Source: an uncultured bacterium (lineage in GTDB: Bacteria > Patescibacteriota > Microgenomatia > Levybacterales > UBA12049). Taken from it: a stretch of DNA of 64,000 bases. Shown piece after piece: positions 10,566 to 20,515 of the stretch (within the stretch, counting starts at the first letter, position 1; each line of letters opens with the position of its first letter). Location of the stretch: positions 362,814 through 426,813 of the forward strand of contig CAWGXL010000010.1 in NCBI GenBank assembly GCA_963826535.1, written 5' to 3'. The notes below the pieces were generated by a model. That model made no database searches and was not told the origin of the DNA. It saw nothing but the letters and a program-made list of their open reading frames with translations. A program made the translations under genes and the position numbers.

Positions 10566-10829
10566 ATGAGTGAAAGGGTCAGGTCATATTTCGAACCAAT
10601 AGATAACATTCCTACAATAGCTCATGGCTATCCGGGAGTAAAAGTCGGTGTAGAATTTGATGGAAAAATAATGTATCATCGTAAAATTACCTCACATTTC
10701 GTAACGTTAGAGAGATTCGCGTATGTCCCCAAACCTTTATATCAGTTTAGAAAAGATCTCGCAAAAGAAAAGGCACGAACAATGTCAAGCAATTTGAAAG
10801 ATTATGCTTCTAACTCCAAAGAGAAATAA
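10566..10829 (+). CDS. Hypothetical protein (87 aa)
   Basis: ORF inside the rml cluster; no recognisable motif. Confidence 0.35.
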   Translation: MSERVRSYFEPIDNIPTIAHGYPGVKVGVEFDGKIMYHRKITSHFVTLERFAYVPKPLYQFRKDLAKEKARTMSSNLKDYASNSKEK

Positions 10830-10925
10830 CACATTTAATGTGCATTCCATAAAGCGACTAAATCATTTGCACATATAATAAATAAAGCCCTATTTCAATT
10901 TTGAATTCTACTGTATAATATAGAA

Positions 10926-11942
10926 ATGAAACTCTTTGTAACAGGCGGTGCGGGCTTTATCGGATCCAATTTCATTCTTTACTGGATGAAAAAATATTCC
11001 CAGGATTACATTGTTAATTTTGATAAATTAACGTACGCAGGCAATTTAGAAAATCTCAAAGAAGTTGAAAAAAACCCAAATTATTCATTTATCCATGGCG
11101 ATATTTGTGACAACAAATTAGTAAATAATTCACTACAGGGAATAGACACCATTGTTCACTTCGCTGCCGAAAGCCATGTTGACAGATCCATTATGGATGC
11201 CTCGCCCTTTATCATGACCAACGTGCTGGGCACTCAGATACTTTTGGACGCTGCGCTGAAAAACAACATACAGCGTTTTCATCACATCTCAACCGATGAA
11301 GTATTTGGAGCTCTTGAATTAAATGATTCCCATAAGTTCAATGAGCAAACCACCTATAATCCCCGCAGCCCCTACGCGGCTAGCAAAGCCTCCTCAGACC
11401 ATTTAGTGCGGGCTTATCATGTGACTTACGGTTTACCCATAAGTATAACTAATTGCTCTAATAATTTTGGCCCTTACATGTTTCCAGAAAAATTTATCCC
11501 TTTATCTATTACAAATCTGTTAGAAAACAAGAAAATACCTGTTTATGGCGACGGCCAATACGTACGGGATTGGCTATATGTTGAAGACCATTGCCGGGCA
11601 ATTGATGTGGTTCTATCAAAAGGCAAAGTAGGAGAAACATATGTTGTAGGAGGGATGACTGAAGTTTATCCGAACATTGAAATTGCGAAAAAGATCATTA
11701 AACTTTTAGGGAAAGACGACACTTTTATAGAATTTGTAAAAGACCGGCCTGGACATGATAGAAAATATGATGTTGATTGGTCAAAAATTAAAAACGAGCT
11801 AGGTTGGCAGCCATTACATAATTTTGATGAGTGGTTGGTGAAAACTGTTGACTGGTATAAAGATAACAAAGAGTGGTGGCAGCATATTAAATCCGGAGTC
11901 TACAAAGAATATTATGCTAAACAATACGGAACTACTAAGTAA
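10926..11942 (+). CDS. rmlB: dTDP-glucose 4,6-dehydratase
   Basis: MKLFVTGGAGFIGSNF Rossmann motif, YAASKAS catalytic Tyr motif, 338 aa. Confidence 0.85.
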   Translation: MKLFVTGGAGFIGSNFILYWMKKYSQDYIVNFDKLTYAGNLENLKEVEKNPNYSFIHGDICDNKLVNNSLQGIDTIVHFAAESHVDRSIMDASPFIMTNVLGTQILLDAALKNNIQRFHHISTDEVFGALELNDSHKFNEQTTYNPRSPYAASKASSDHLVRAYHVTYGLPISITNCSNNFGPYMFPEKFIPLSITNLLENKKIPVYGDGQYVRDWLYVEDHCRAIDVVLSKGKVGETYVVGGMTEVYPNIEIAKKIIKLLGKDDTFIEFVKDRPGHDRKYDVDWSKIKNELGWQPLHNFDEWLVKTVDWYKDNKEWWQHIKSGVYKEYYAKQYGTTK

Positions 11943-12823
11943 TGAATAGTCAAAAAATAAAAATACTCACAATTGGTGGCTCAGGTCTCGTCGGTTCCCG
12001 CGTCAACGAATTACTTTCAGTAAATAATATAATCGACAATTTCTCTACAAAATCCGGATTAGATATAACGCAGCCTAATTCCCTGGCAGTCATAGAGAAA
12101 GATAGGGAACACCAATATATTTTACTATATGCTGCTAAAACTGATGTTGATGCTTGTGAAAAAGACAAGGAATTAGGAGAGAGAGGAGAGGCATATAAAA
12201 TGAACGTTACAGGTGTTCAAAATGTTATAAATGCCGCTAAATCATCCAACAAAAAAATCATTTATATCTCAACTGATTTTGTATTTAATGGACTTAATAC
12301 ACCAGAAATAGGATATAACGAAGAAGACAAGCCCCATCCTATCAACTGGTATGGACAAACCAAATATTTAGGTGAAGAAGCAATTCGCGCCTCCGGATTG
12401 CCTTTCCTCATTATCCGTATAGCATATCCCTACCGAAAAGAATTTGCCGGGAAAAAAGATTTTACTCGTGCATTGCTTTCCCGCTTGCAAAACAATCTGA
12501 CAATCACTGCAGTTACCGACCATATTATGAACCCGACCTTTATCGATGACATTGCCGGCGCAATAGAAGTGCTCATCACACAAGATAAAGAAGGCGTGTT
12601 CCATGTTACAGGTAGTCAGAGTCTAAGTCCGTACGAGGCTGTTATTCAGATCGCGCAGGAATTTGGACTTGATAAATCTCTTATCTCACCAACCACTCGT
12701 GAAGTATTTTTCAAAGACCGAGCACCGCGCCCCTTTAATTTAAAGATGAATAATGATAAAATACGCAGATTAGGTATAAAGTTGAGATCGTTTAATGAAG
12801 GACTTAAATTTCTTAAGTCTTAA
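11942..12823 (+). CDS. rmlD: dTDP-4-dehydrorhamnose reductase
   Basis: ILTIGGSGLVGSRV, RmlD-like length and motifs, TAATG overlap with rmlB. Confidence 0.75.
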   Translation: MNSQKIKILTIGGSGLVGSRVNELLSVNNIIDNFSTKSGLDITQPNSLAVIEKDREHQYILLYAAKTDVDACEKDKELGERGEAYKMNVTGVQNVINAAKSSNKKIIYISTDFVFNGLNTPEIGYNEEDKPHPINWYGQTKYLGEEAIRASGLPFLIIRIAYPYRKEFAGKKDFTRALLSRLQNNLTITAVTDHIMNPTFIDDIAGAIEVLITQDKEGVFHVTGSQSLSPYEAVIQIAQEFGLDKSLISPTTREVFFKDRAPRPFNLKMNNDKIRRLGIKLRSFNEGLKFLKS

Positions 12824-12832
12824 ATCTAATAT

Positions 12833-14155
12833 ATGACCATCACATTCATCGGACACGGATATGTAGGATTAGTTTCGGCTACGGTTTTCGCGGATTTAGG
12901 AAATAAAGTCTGGGTTATAGGACATACCCCAAAAAAAATTGAAAATTTAAAAAAAGGTATTATCCCGATTTATGAACCCGGATTGCAGGAATTGGTAAAA
13001 CGCAATATCGATGCAAAACGACTCTTATTTACACTAGATTATAAACCGGCAATTTCACAATCTGAAGTAATTTTTATAGCTGTCGGTACTCCGTCCGCCG
13101 ATAATGGGGAAGCAGATCTATCGGAAATATATAATGTTGCAGGCAAAATCGGACAACATCTGGATAAATACGCTGTTGTTATAACCAAAAGTACAGTACC
13201 GGTCGGAACCAACGAAAAAGTGAGACAGATTATTAAAAAAGTAAAAAGCAAAAACATTGAATTTGATATAGCTTCAGTCCCTGAATTTTTACGCGAAGGA
13301 CAAGCAATTTCTGATACATTATCACCGGATAGAATCGTTATAGGTACAGATTCAAAAAAAGCAGAGAAAATCTTAATAGACCTACATAGACCGCTTGTAA
13401 CCAAAGAAGAAAAAATTGATCGCCGGCTAATTCTTACTGATATCAAATCATCTGAGTTGATTAAATATGCATCCAATGCTCTTCTTGCGACAAAAATATC
13501 CTTTGCCAATGCTATTGCCCAATTATCTGAGAGGGTTGGTGCAGATGGTTTAAAAGTATTACAAGCTGTAGGCCACGACAAAAGAATAGGTTCATCTTTT
13601 CTCAATCCCGGAGCTGGTTATGGAGGAAGTTGTTTCCCCAAAGATGTAAAAGCCCTTATCGCAATTGCAGCTAACCACGGATATGATTTTAATTTACTTA
13701 AAAGTGTTCAAAAAATCAATCAAGACGCTATGCTAAAAGTAGTATCCAAAGCAAAACAACTTTTAAATGATAATCTTAAAGATCAAACAATTGCAGTTCT
13801 TGGATTATCATTCAAACCCGACACAGATGATATGCGCGATGCGCCATCTATTACAATTATTCCTGAGTTGTTACGCCTTGGCGCGAAAATCAAGACTTAC
13901 GACCCAATTGCTATGGAAAATGCCAAAAAAATATTTGCAAATGAAAAAAACATCCAATTCCCGGATGATTTATATACGACAACTAAAAACGCGGATTTAC
14001 TCATAATTTTAACCGAGTGGAATGAATTTCAGCAACTCGATTTAAAAAAAGTAAAAACACTCATGAAAAAAGCAAACATAATTGACGGAAGAAACATCTA
14101 TGACCCAACTATTGTTAAAAAATTAGGATTTAATTATATTGGTGTTGGTAGATGA
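12833..14155 (+). CDS. ugd: UDP-glucose 6-dehydrogenase
   Basis: ITFIGHGYVGL N-terminal Rossmann, GGSCFPKDV catalytic Cys motif, 440 aa. Confidence 0.9.
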   Translation: MTITFIGHGYVGLVSATVFADLGNKVWVIGHTPKKIENLKKGIIPIYEPGLQELVKRNIDAKRLLFTLDYKPAISQSEVIFIAVGTPSADNGEADLSEIYNVAGKIGQHLDKYAVVITKSTVPVGTNEKVRQIIKKVKSKNIEFDIASVPEFLREGQAISDTLSPDRIVIGTDSKKAEKILIDLHRPLVTKEEKIDRRLILTDIKSSELIKYASNALLATKISFANAIAQLSERVGADGLKVLQAVGHDKRIGSSFLNPGAGYGGSCFPKDVKALIAIAANHGYDFNLLKSVQKINQDAMLKVVSKAKQLLNDNLKDQTIAVLGLSFKPDTDDMRDAPSITIIPELLRLGAKIKTYDPIAMENAKKIFANEKNIQFPDDLYTTTKNADLLIILTEWNEFQQLDLKKVKTLMKKANIIDGRNIYDPTIVKKLGFNYIGVGR

Positions 14156-14277
14156 CCCTCCTTCGTTAAAACTACGGACGGGTCATGCCTCCGAAGCTTT
14201 ATGCAAAATAATACAGAGTATGAAAAAATAACAAAATTTCTATTTATAGTTAAATTTGGAAAGGCAAGCGAAGGGGC

Positions 14278-15234
14278 ATGAAAAAAATATTAATTACAGG
14301 AGCTTCTGGATTCGCGGGAGGCTACTTAAGCGAATATCTAAATGCTCAGAACAAGTTCGATATTTATGGAACGTATCATCAGGAAAAAAGCTTAGATCAA
14401 TCTCCGGTTAAAGAAAAAATACAATTTAAGAAAATAGATTTACTTGATTTTCCGAGTGTATTAAATTTAATAAATGAGATAAAGCCTGACTTACTTTTTC
14501 ATCTGGCAGGCGCAGCATCCCCCGCAAAAAGCTTTACTGATCCTACTGGTACATTCGCTGCTAATGTTAATTCGCAAATTAATATCCTTGAAGCAGTGAC
14601 TAAAAATAAATTACTTAAATCAAGAATACTAATAATCTCTTCAGCTGAAGTTTATGGTCAGGTATCACCAACAGAACTTCCAATTGATGAAGATACGCCA
14701 CTCCGCCCTTCAAGTCCTTATGCTGTTTCGAAACTTGCTCAGGATTTTTTAGGTTTACAATATCACCTCTCTTATAAATTACAGTGTATACGAGTCCGTC
14801 CATTTAATCATATCGGTCCCCGACAAAGTACCAAATTTGTCGTAGCGGATTTCTCCAAACAAATCGCAGAAATTGAAAAAGGGGTGAAAGAACCAATTAT
14901 ATTTGTCGGTAATTTAGAAGCCAAAAGAGATTTTACGGATGTTCGTGACATGGTCAAAGCATATTGTATGGTGCAAGAACTAGGGACTCCGGGGGAAGTA
15001 TATAATATTGGGTCTGGAATCTCCCATAGCGCGAATGAGATACTGAATATCCTCTTAAGATTGACAAAGTCCAAAATCTCGATCAAAGTCGATCCTCAAA
15101 AATTAAGACCCAGTGATACACCTGATATAAAATGTAACAATAAAAAACTTACAAACCTGACAGGCTGGCAACCAATCATTCCCTTAGAACAAACACTACA
15201 AGACACTCTGGACTATTGGCGTAATATTGTATAG
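14278..15234 (+). CDS. rmd: GDP-4-keto-6-deoxy-D-mannose reductase-like SDR (Rmd-like)
   Basis: ITGASGFAGGYL, SPYAVSKLA, RPFNHIGPRQ and RDFTDVRD resemble Rmd; immediately upstream of gmd. Confidence 0.65.
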   Translation: MKKILITGASGFAGGYLSEYLNAQNKFDIYGTYHQEKSLDQSPVKEKIQFKKIDLLDFPSVLNLINEIKPDLLFHLAGAASPAKSFTDPTGTFAANVNSQINILEAVTKNKLLKSRILIISSAEVYGQVSPTELPIDEDTPLRPSSPYAVSKLAQDFLGLQYHLSYKLQCIRVRPFNHIGPRQSTKFVVADFSKQIAEIEKGVKEPIIFVGNLEAKRDFTDVRDMVKAYCMVQELGTPGEVYNIGSGISHSANEILNILLRLTKSKISIKVDPQKLRPSDTPDIKCNNKKLTNLTGWQPIIPLEQTLQDTLDYWRNIV

Positions 15235-15287
15235 AATAAAAGTCATAATTTATTAAATATTAGTAATCAATTTTTAATTATCAACCT

Positions 15288-16259
15288 ATGAAACGTGCAC
15301 TTATTACTGGGATTACCGGACAAGACGGCCCATATCTTGCAGAGTTCCTGCTTTCAAAAGGATACAAAGTCTACGGCACGGTTCGCCGCCTTAGCACTCC
15401 AAATCTTGAAAATATTCAGCATATTCGTGAACAAGTAGAGCTGCTTTCCGCCGATCTGCTTGACACATCCTCCTTAACCGAAGCAATTGTTGAGTCCGAA
15501 CCTGATGAAGTTTATAACCTTGCGGCTATGTCTTTTGTAAAAGCCTCCTTTGAGCAGCCGGTTTTAACCGGAGAATTTACAGCTCTGGGTGTAACTCGGC
15601 TTTTAGAGGCAATTCGCTCGGTAAACAAAAAGATAAAATTTTACCAGGCATCCAGTTCGGAAATGTTTGGTAAAGTGACAGAAGCCCCACAAAAAGAAAC
15701 TACAAGATTTCACCCACGAAGCCCCTATGGTGTCGCAAAAGTATACGGCCACTACATTACAGTTAATTATCGTGAAAGCTATGACATGTTTGCTTGCTCG
15801 GGAATATTATTCAATCACGAATCACCGCGCCGGGGAATTGAATTCGTTACCAGAAAAATAAGTAATAGTGTTGCCAGAATTCGTTTGCACAAGCAGGAAA
15901 AATTAATCCTTGGTGACTTATCGCCCAAGCGCGATTGGGGATATGCCGGCGATTATGTAGAAGCAATGTGGCTTATGCTCCAGCAAAAAAAACCGGATGA
16001 TTACGTCGTCGGAACAGGTAAAAATCACAGTGTTAAAGAGTTTATAGAATTAGCGTTTAAATACGTCGGTATTACCGATTGGCAAAATTATGTCATTTCC
16101 AACCACCCAAAACACATGCGCCCCGCCGAAGTAGACAATCTCATCGCCGATTACAGCAAGGCAAAAAAAGTCCTAGGCTGGAAACCAAAAACCACATTCA
16201 AAGAACTTGTAGAAATGATGGTAAAATCCGACCTCGACCGCGAAAAGCAACGAAAATAA
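15288..16259 (+). CDS. gmd: GDP-mannose 4,6-dehydratase
   Basis: ALITGITGQDGPYLAEFLL...GTVRR hallmark of Gmd. Confidence 0.85.
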   Translation: MKRALITGITGQDGPYLAEFLLSKGYKVYGTVRRLSTPNLENIQHIREQVELLSADLLDTSSLTEAIVESEPDEVYNLAAMSFVKASFEQPVLTGEFTALGVTRLLEAIRSVNKKIKFYQASSSEMFGKVTEAPQKETTRFHPRSPYGVAKVYGHYITVNYRESYDMFACSGILFNHESPRRGIEFVTRKISNSVARIRLHKQEKLILGDLSPKRDWGYAGDYVEAMWLMLQQKKPDDYVVGTGKNHSVKEFIELAFKYVGITDWQNYVISNHPKHMRPAEVDNLIADYSKAKKVLGWKPKTTFKELVEMMVKSDLDREKQRK

Positions 16260-16276
16260 AATTTAGCGAATTAATA

Positions 16277-16304
16277 TTGACAATTCAATTAAATCTGCTA
16301 AACT
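16277..16304 (+). promoter_or_regulatory. Predicted sigma70-type promoter (TTGACA, 16 nt spacer, extended -10 TGcTAAACT) for the small lipoprotein gene
   Basis: Near-identical copy at 16668..16695. Confidence 0.5.
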
Positions 16305-16319
16305 CATTCAATACAATTT

Positions 16320-16619
16320 ATGAAAGAACTACCCATCACTGGAGCTATATTAGCACTTGCTTTAACATCTGGATGTAACTATGAACAAGAGGTTCAAATT
16401 AATGATGTACTTGGTCCAAGTCTAAAAAAACTACTAAAAGAAGAGTGTCGATCAGTAACTATATACCAACAAGATGCTGATAATATAGGCGTAACGTTAG
16501 AATGTGCGGGCAAAGATAATAATCTGAAATATCTTTCCTGTCATGAATTCAATTTAACTCTTGATTGCACTACAGATAAGTTTACATTACCTCATAAATC
16601 GCAGAAATTTCTCCTCTGA
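16320..16619 (+). CDS. Small lipoprotein (99 aa), lipobox LTSGC
   Basis: Signal peptide and lipobox; four Cys; paralogous to 16806..17093. Confidence 0.55.
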   Translation: MKELPITGAILALALTSGCNYEQEVQINDVLGPSLKKLLKEECRSVTIYQQDADNIGVTLECAGKDNNLKYLSCHEFNLTLDCTTDKFTLPHKSQKFLL

Positions 16620-16667
16620 ACTTTGTTGCTATAATGGACTCCTCCGGGAAATAACCTCAAATTAATA

Positions 16668-16695
16668 TTGACAATGCAATTAAATATGCTAAACT
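16668..16695 (+). promoter_or_regulatory. Second copy of the promoter (TTGACA ... TGcTAAACT)
   Basis: Block 16659..16736 duplicates 16268..16322. Confidence 0.5.
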
Positions 16696-16805
16696 CACTT
16701 TACAATATTCTATAGAACTCAAAGTCAAAAATTATGTGAGAGATTTTCCAAAACCCAACTTTTAGAAGAGCATTTACTGGATTTACACTTGCTTCTTCAT
16801 TAGTA

Positions 16806-17093
16806 ATGAGTGAGCATGCCTTAAGTCAGGAGCAAGCTAAGTCACAACCTCAAAGAAACAGGCTTATGCAGACACAAGAAGCTCCAGCACTACCTGAAAA
16901 TGCACTAGAAAAATCTAAAGCTCTCATTACTGGCACGGTTGTACACAAATTAATAAAAGATGGATGTAAATCTATACTTATCACACCAGAAAATGAAAAT
17001 TTACAACTTACCATAGAATGCGCTTCACGAGACGACATTCCGAAAGATGTTCCACCGGCGCCTAGACCGTCTGAGACTAGAAAAGACTTCTAA
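16806..17093 (+). CDS. Paralogue of the small lipoprotein; signal-peptide region disrupted (ATG-TGA at 16734..16739)
   Basis: Shares the L.KL.K..C.S..I...N...T.ECA..D pattern with 16320..16619. The in-frame upstream sequence encodes the remnant signal peptide FTGFTLASSLV after an ATG followed directly by TGA. Confidence 0.45.
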   Translation: MSEHALSQEQAKSQPQRNRLMQTQEAPALPENALEKSKALITGTVVHKLIKDGCKSILITPENENLQLTIECASRDDIPKDVPPAPRPSETRKDF

Positions 17094-17128
17094 AATACAC
17101 TCTCTTATATGCTATATTATAAGTAAGG

Positions 17129-18112
17129 ATGATTCATGATTTTGCCGCCGATTATTACTACGCGGAACAACGAAAATCCAAAAAAACAATATTTCTACGA
17201 ATTTTAGTCTTATTCTTAATAATAGGACTTGTATATATTTCTATTAATAAAATATGGACACCCAAACCTGAAAAAAAGGTCGTCGCTGGTACAACAACAC
17301 AATTAATTAGTCCAACTCTGACCCAAATGATACAAGAGGATAAAGGATTAAGCCAGGTAGTACAAAATGCTCTATTTGGTACAAAAGGAAGCTATGGCAT
17401 AGTTATATTAAATTTAAAAACAAATGAATATTTTCTTCAAAATGAACACACTTCTTATAAAGCTGCAAGTTTATATAAATTATGGACTATGGCAACTGTT
17501 TTAGATCAGATTAATAATGGCAAACTGAACGAAAAGGATGTACTAAGCGAAAATATAGATGTATTATATGAAAAATTTCATCTGGCTTCTCCTTCTGCAA
17601 ATAAAAATATAACACTTTCTATAAATGATGCTTTGGAGAAAATGATAACTATCTCCGACAACCCCGCTGCTCTCTTGCTTTCAGCAAAAGTTAAACTATC
17701 AAATATCACGCAACTACTAAACAATAATGGTTTAATTGGTTCTAAACTAGGCACAGGAAGCGAATATCCAGTCACTACACCGCATGATATTGCCATCTTT
17801 CTTAAGAATTTATATGACGGAACTCTTGTAAACAAAGTAAATAGCGAAAAAATGTTGGCTGTTCTAAAACGCCAAAGATTGAATTCCAAGATCCCCAAAT
17901 ATTTACCTGACGAGTTAGTTATTGCTCATAAAACCGGTGAACTGGATGAATCTACTCATGATGCCGGTATTGTTTATACTCCACAAGGAGATTATATTAT
18001 TGTAGTTTTGTCCAAAAGTAATGCTGAATCACGTTTTTTAGCCGAGGAAAGAATAGCTAACTTATCCCTTGATGTATACAATTATTTTACCAAAAATACT
18101 AGTAACCTTTGA
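17129..18112 (+). CDS. Class A beta-lactamase-family serine hydrolase, membrane-anchored
   Basis: SxxK (SLYK), SDN and KTG motifs in canonical order; N-terminal TM. Confidence 0.7.
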   Translation: MIHDFAADYYYAEQRKSKKTIFLRILVLFLIIGLVYISINKIWTPKPEKKVVAGTTTQLISPTLTQMIQEDKGLSQVVQNALFGTKGSYGIVILNLKTNEYFLQNEHTSYKAASLYKLWTMATVLDQINNGKLNEKDVLSENIDVLYEKFHLASPSANKNITLSINDALEKMITISDNPAALLLSAKVKLSNITQLLNNNGLIGSKLGTGSEYPVTTPHDIAIFLKNLYDGTLVNKVNSEKMLAVLKRQRLNSKIPKYLPDELVIAHKTGELDESTHDAGIVYTPQGDYIIVVLSKSNAESRFLAEERIANLSLDVYNYFTKNTSNL

Positions 18113-18327
18113 AAAGTTTACTTATATGTGAGAGCCTAATATTTTATTGCGCCAGGAATTCTTGAAGCTTTCCGATTCTTTTGGAAATAAGTTGCACTAT
18201 AAATAAATTTTTCATAAACTCATGTCCGCTTTTGGAGAGAAAGGCTAATTAAAACCTATAACGCAACTTTAACTATTTAAAACTCCTCTATTTAAAAGTA
18301 GGCTGAATTTTAGTATCATTGTAAAGT

Positions 18328-19290
18328 ATGCCAAAAGCACTTATCGCAGGCGGAGCCGGATTTATCGGTAGCCATCTCTCTAATAATCTAATTAAAAATG
18401 GATATACTGTATATTGTTTAGACAATTTAATTACGGGTAGTAAAACAAATATAATTAGCCTGCAAGACAATCCTAATTTTATGTTTTTCAACCACGATAT
18501 TACAACCGCACTAACGCCGATCTCAGAGCGTTTAGATGATGTTGATTATATCTTTCATCTTGCCTCACCTGCATCACCAAATAAGAATAGTGAAAAAAGC
18601 TATATAAACTTACCAATTGAAACAATGCTGGCCAATTCACTCGGTACATACAATCTTCTGATGCTTGCCAAAGCTAAAAACGCAAAGTTTCTTTTTGCAT
18701 CTACATCTGAAATATATGGCAATCCGGCAGTTTCCCCCCAACCGGAAAGCTATTTCGGTAATGTCAATCCCAATGGTATCCGGTCAGTTTATGACGAGGC
18801 AAAAAGATTCGGAGAAGCTTTAACATTTGCATTCATACGTAAATATAATCTCGACGCAAGAATAATTAGAATATTCAATACCTACGGACCTAAAATGCAA
18901 AAAGACGATGGTCGTGTAATTTCTAATTTCATCAATCAAGCCTTAGAAAGAATTCCTCTTACCATATTTGGTGACGGTACCCAAACTAGAAGCTTTTGTT
19001 ACATAGAGGATATGATTGATGGAATATTATCTGCAATGTGGACATTAAACACAAAAGGAGAAATAATAAATCTTGGAAATCCTGACGAGCGAACTATCAA
19101 AGAAATTGCTGCCATAACAAAAGAGTTAATTGGTAGCACTTCTCAAATAATAAATGAACAGCCCTCACCCGAAGACCCCCAAAGGCGAAAGCCTGACATA
19201 GACAAAGCTAAAAAGTTATTAAAATGGGAACCAAAGATTTCCCTTGAGGATGGATTAAAAAAAACAATAGAGTATTTTAGAAACATATGA
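18328..19290 (+). CDS. uxs: UDP-glucuronate decarboxylase (UDP-xylose synthase-like SDR)
   Basis: LIAGGAGFIGSHL, YDEAKRFGE catalytic motif, 320 aa. Confidence 0.75.
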   Translation: MPKALIAGGAGFIGSHLSNNLIKNGYTVYCLDNLITGSKTNIISLQDNPNFMFFNHDITTALTPISERLDDVDYIFHLASPASPNKNSEKSYINLPIETMLANSLGTYNLLMLAKAKNAKFLFASTSEIYGNPAVSPQPESYFGNVNPNGIRSVYDEAKRFGEALTFAFIRKYNLDARIIRIFNTYGPKMQKDDGRVISNFINQALERIPLTIFGDGTQTRSFCYIEDMIDGILSAMWTLNTKGEIINLGNPDERTIKEIAAITKELIGSTSQIINEQPSPEDPQRRKPDIDKAKKLLKWEPKISLEDGLKKTIEYFRNI

Positions 19291-20513
19291 AAATTGTAGT
19301 AATTCTCCCAACTTTTAACGAGCGGGAAAATATCAAAAAACTCATTCCTATTTTAGAAGAAAAAATATTTCCCAATATCAAAAAGCATGATATGAATATC
19401 CTAATAGTCGATGATAAATCACCTGACGGAACAGAGGAAGAAATAAATGAAATAATGAAAAAATGGAAGAATATTAGTCTTAACAGCGGAGTAAAACAAG
19501 GCCTTGGGGCAGCATATGTACGTGGCATGACTTATGCTATTGATAAAATGAACGCAGATGTAATTTTTGAAATGGACGCAGATTTACAACATGATCCAAC
19601 AAAAATACCTGATTTTCTTAAAAAAATCGACGAGGGTTATGATATGGTCATTGGCACAAGGTACAGTGAAGGTGGTTCGATACCAAAAAACTGGCCTCCG
19701 CTAAGAAAAGCATTTTCAATTATTGCCAATATTTTTGTTAGAACAGTTTTTTTGAATTTTTCTATTCACGACTGGACCGGAGGATATAGAGCGCTTAAAA
19801 AAGAAGTTTTTCTAAAAGAAAAAAATGAATTACAGCAATACAGCGGCTATATTTTTCAGATATCTTTTTTACATAAAGCCATAAGAGATAAATTTAAAAT
19901 AGGTGAAGTACCTTTTCATTTTTCAGACCGTGAACAAGGACGAACGAAGATTGCACCTTTAGGGTACATTATGGAAGTAGTTAAATTTGTTATTTTGACA
20001 AGGATAAATCAATATAAACGTTTTATCAAATTTCTTTTTGTTGGAGGAACCGGCTTTATTGTGCAAGTAGTTACACAAGAAGCAACCATACATTTAGGCA
20101 TTACAATTTTTCTCACAAATATTTTATCTAACTATAATTTAGTAAGTGACATAACATCAGTTTCGCATTCAATTGGTGCCGCATTTGGTGCGGAAGCCGC
20201 AATAATTTCCAATTTTCTCTTCAACAATTTTTGGACTTTTGACGATACCAGAAAATTAAAGGAAAAATCTAGATTTATTGTTAGAGCTATAACATTCAAT
20301 TTCGCTTCGCTTGGATCTATTTTCATTCAAGCTCTGGTAGTTTTCATTGCCGAAAAGTCACTTGGTGAGTATACATACCTTTTTTCTCAACAACTTCCTA
20401 CCAGATTGCTTGTCATAATTCCGACTATTTTAATATTTGTTATTCCTTTAAATTATTTTATTTATAATTTTGTAATCTGGAAAACTCATCATCTCAAAAA
20501 TAAAAAGGATTAA
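19287..20513 (+). CDS. GT2 polyprenyl-phosphate sugar synthase (Dpm1/ArnC-like) fused to a C-terminal GtrA-like TM domain
   Basis: N-terminal GT-A motifs (ILPTFNE, VDDKSPDGT, DADLQH) and a four-TM GtrA-like C-terminus; ATGA overlap with uxs. Confidence 0.7.
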   Translation: MKIVVILPTFNERENIKKLIPILEEKIFPNIKKHDMNILIVDDKSPDGTEEEINEIMKKWKNISLNSGVKQGLGAAYVRGMTYAIDKMNADVIFEMDADLQHDPTKIPDFLKKIDEGYDMVIGTRYSEGGSIPKNWPPLRKAFSIIANIFVRTVFLNFSIHDWTGGYRALKKEVFLKEKNELQQYSGYIFQISFLHKAIRDKFKIGEVPFHFSDREQGRTKIAPLGYIMEVVKFVILTRINQYKRFIKFLFVGGTGFIVQVVTQEATIHLGITIFLTNILSNYNLVSDITSVSHSIGAAFGAEAAIISNFLFNNFWTFDDTRKLKEKSRFIVRAITFNFASLGSIFIQALVVFIAEKSLGEYTYLFSQQLPTRLLVIIPTILIFVIPLNYFIYNFVIWKTHHLKNKKD

Positions 20514-20515
20514 TT

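Noticed and set aside
10582-10600. tRNA-like TTCGAACC motif inside ORF 10566..10829
   Set aside because: No flanking acceptor or anticodon stems could be drawn. It lies within a coding frame.
13039-13605. 188-aa minus-strand ORF
   Set aside because: Lies entirely within ugd, which has unmistakable UDP-glucose dehydrogenase motifs. Low-complexity translation.
16734-16739. Possibility that TGA is read as Gly (code 25), rescuing the second lipoprotein paralogue
   Set aside because: Several genes in the window end in TGA with ATGA start/stop overlaps (e.g. 6607..6610, 9021..9024), so TGA is a stop in this genome.
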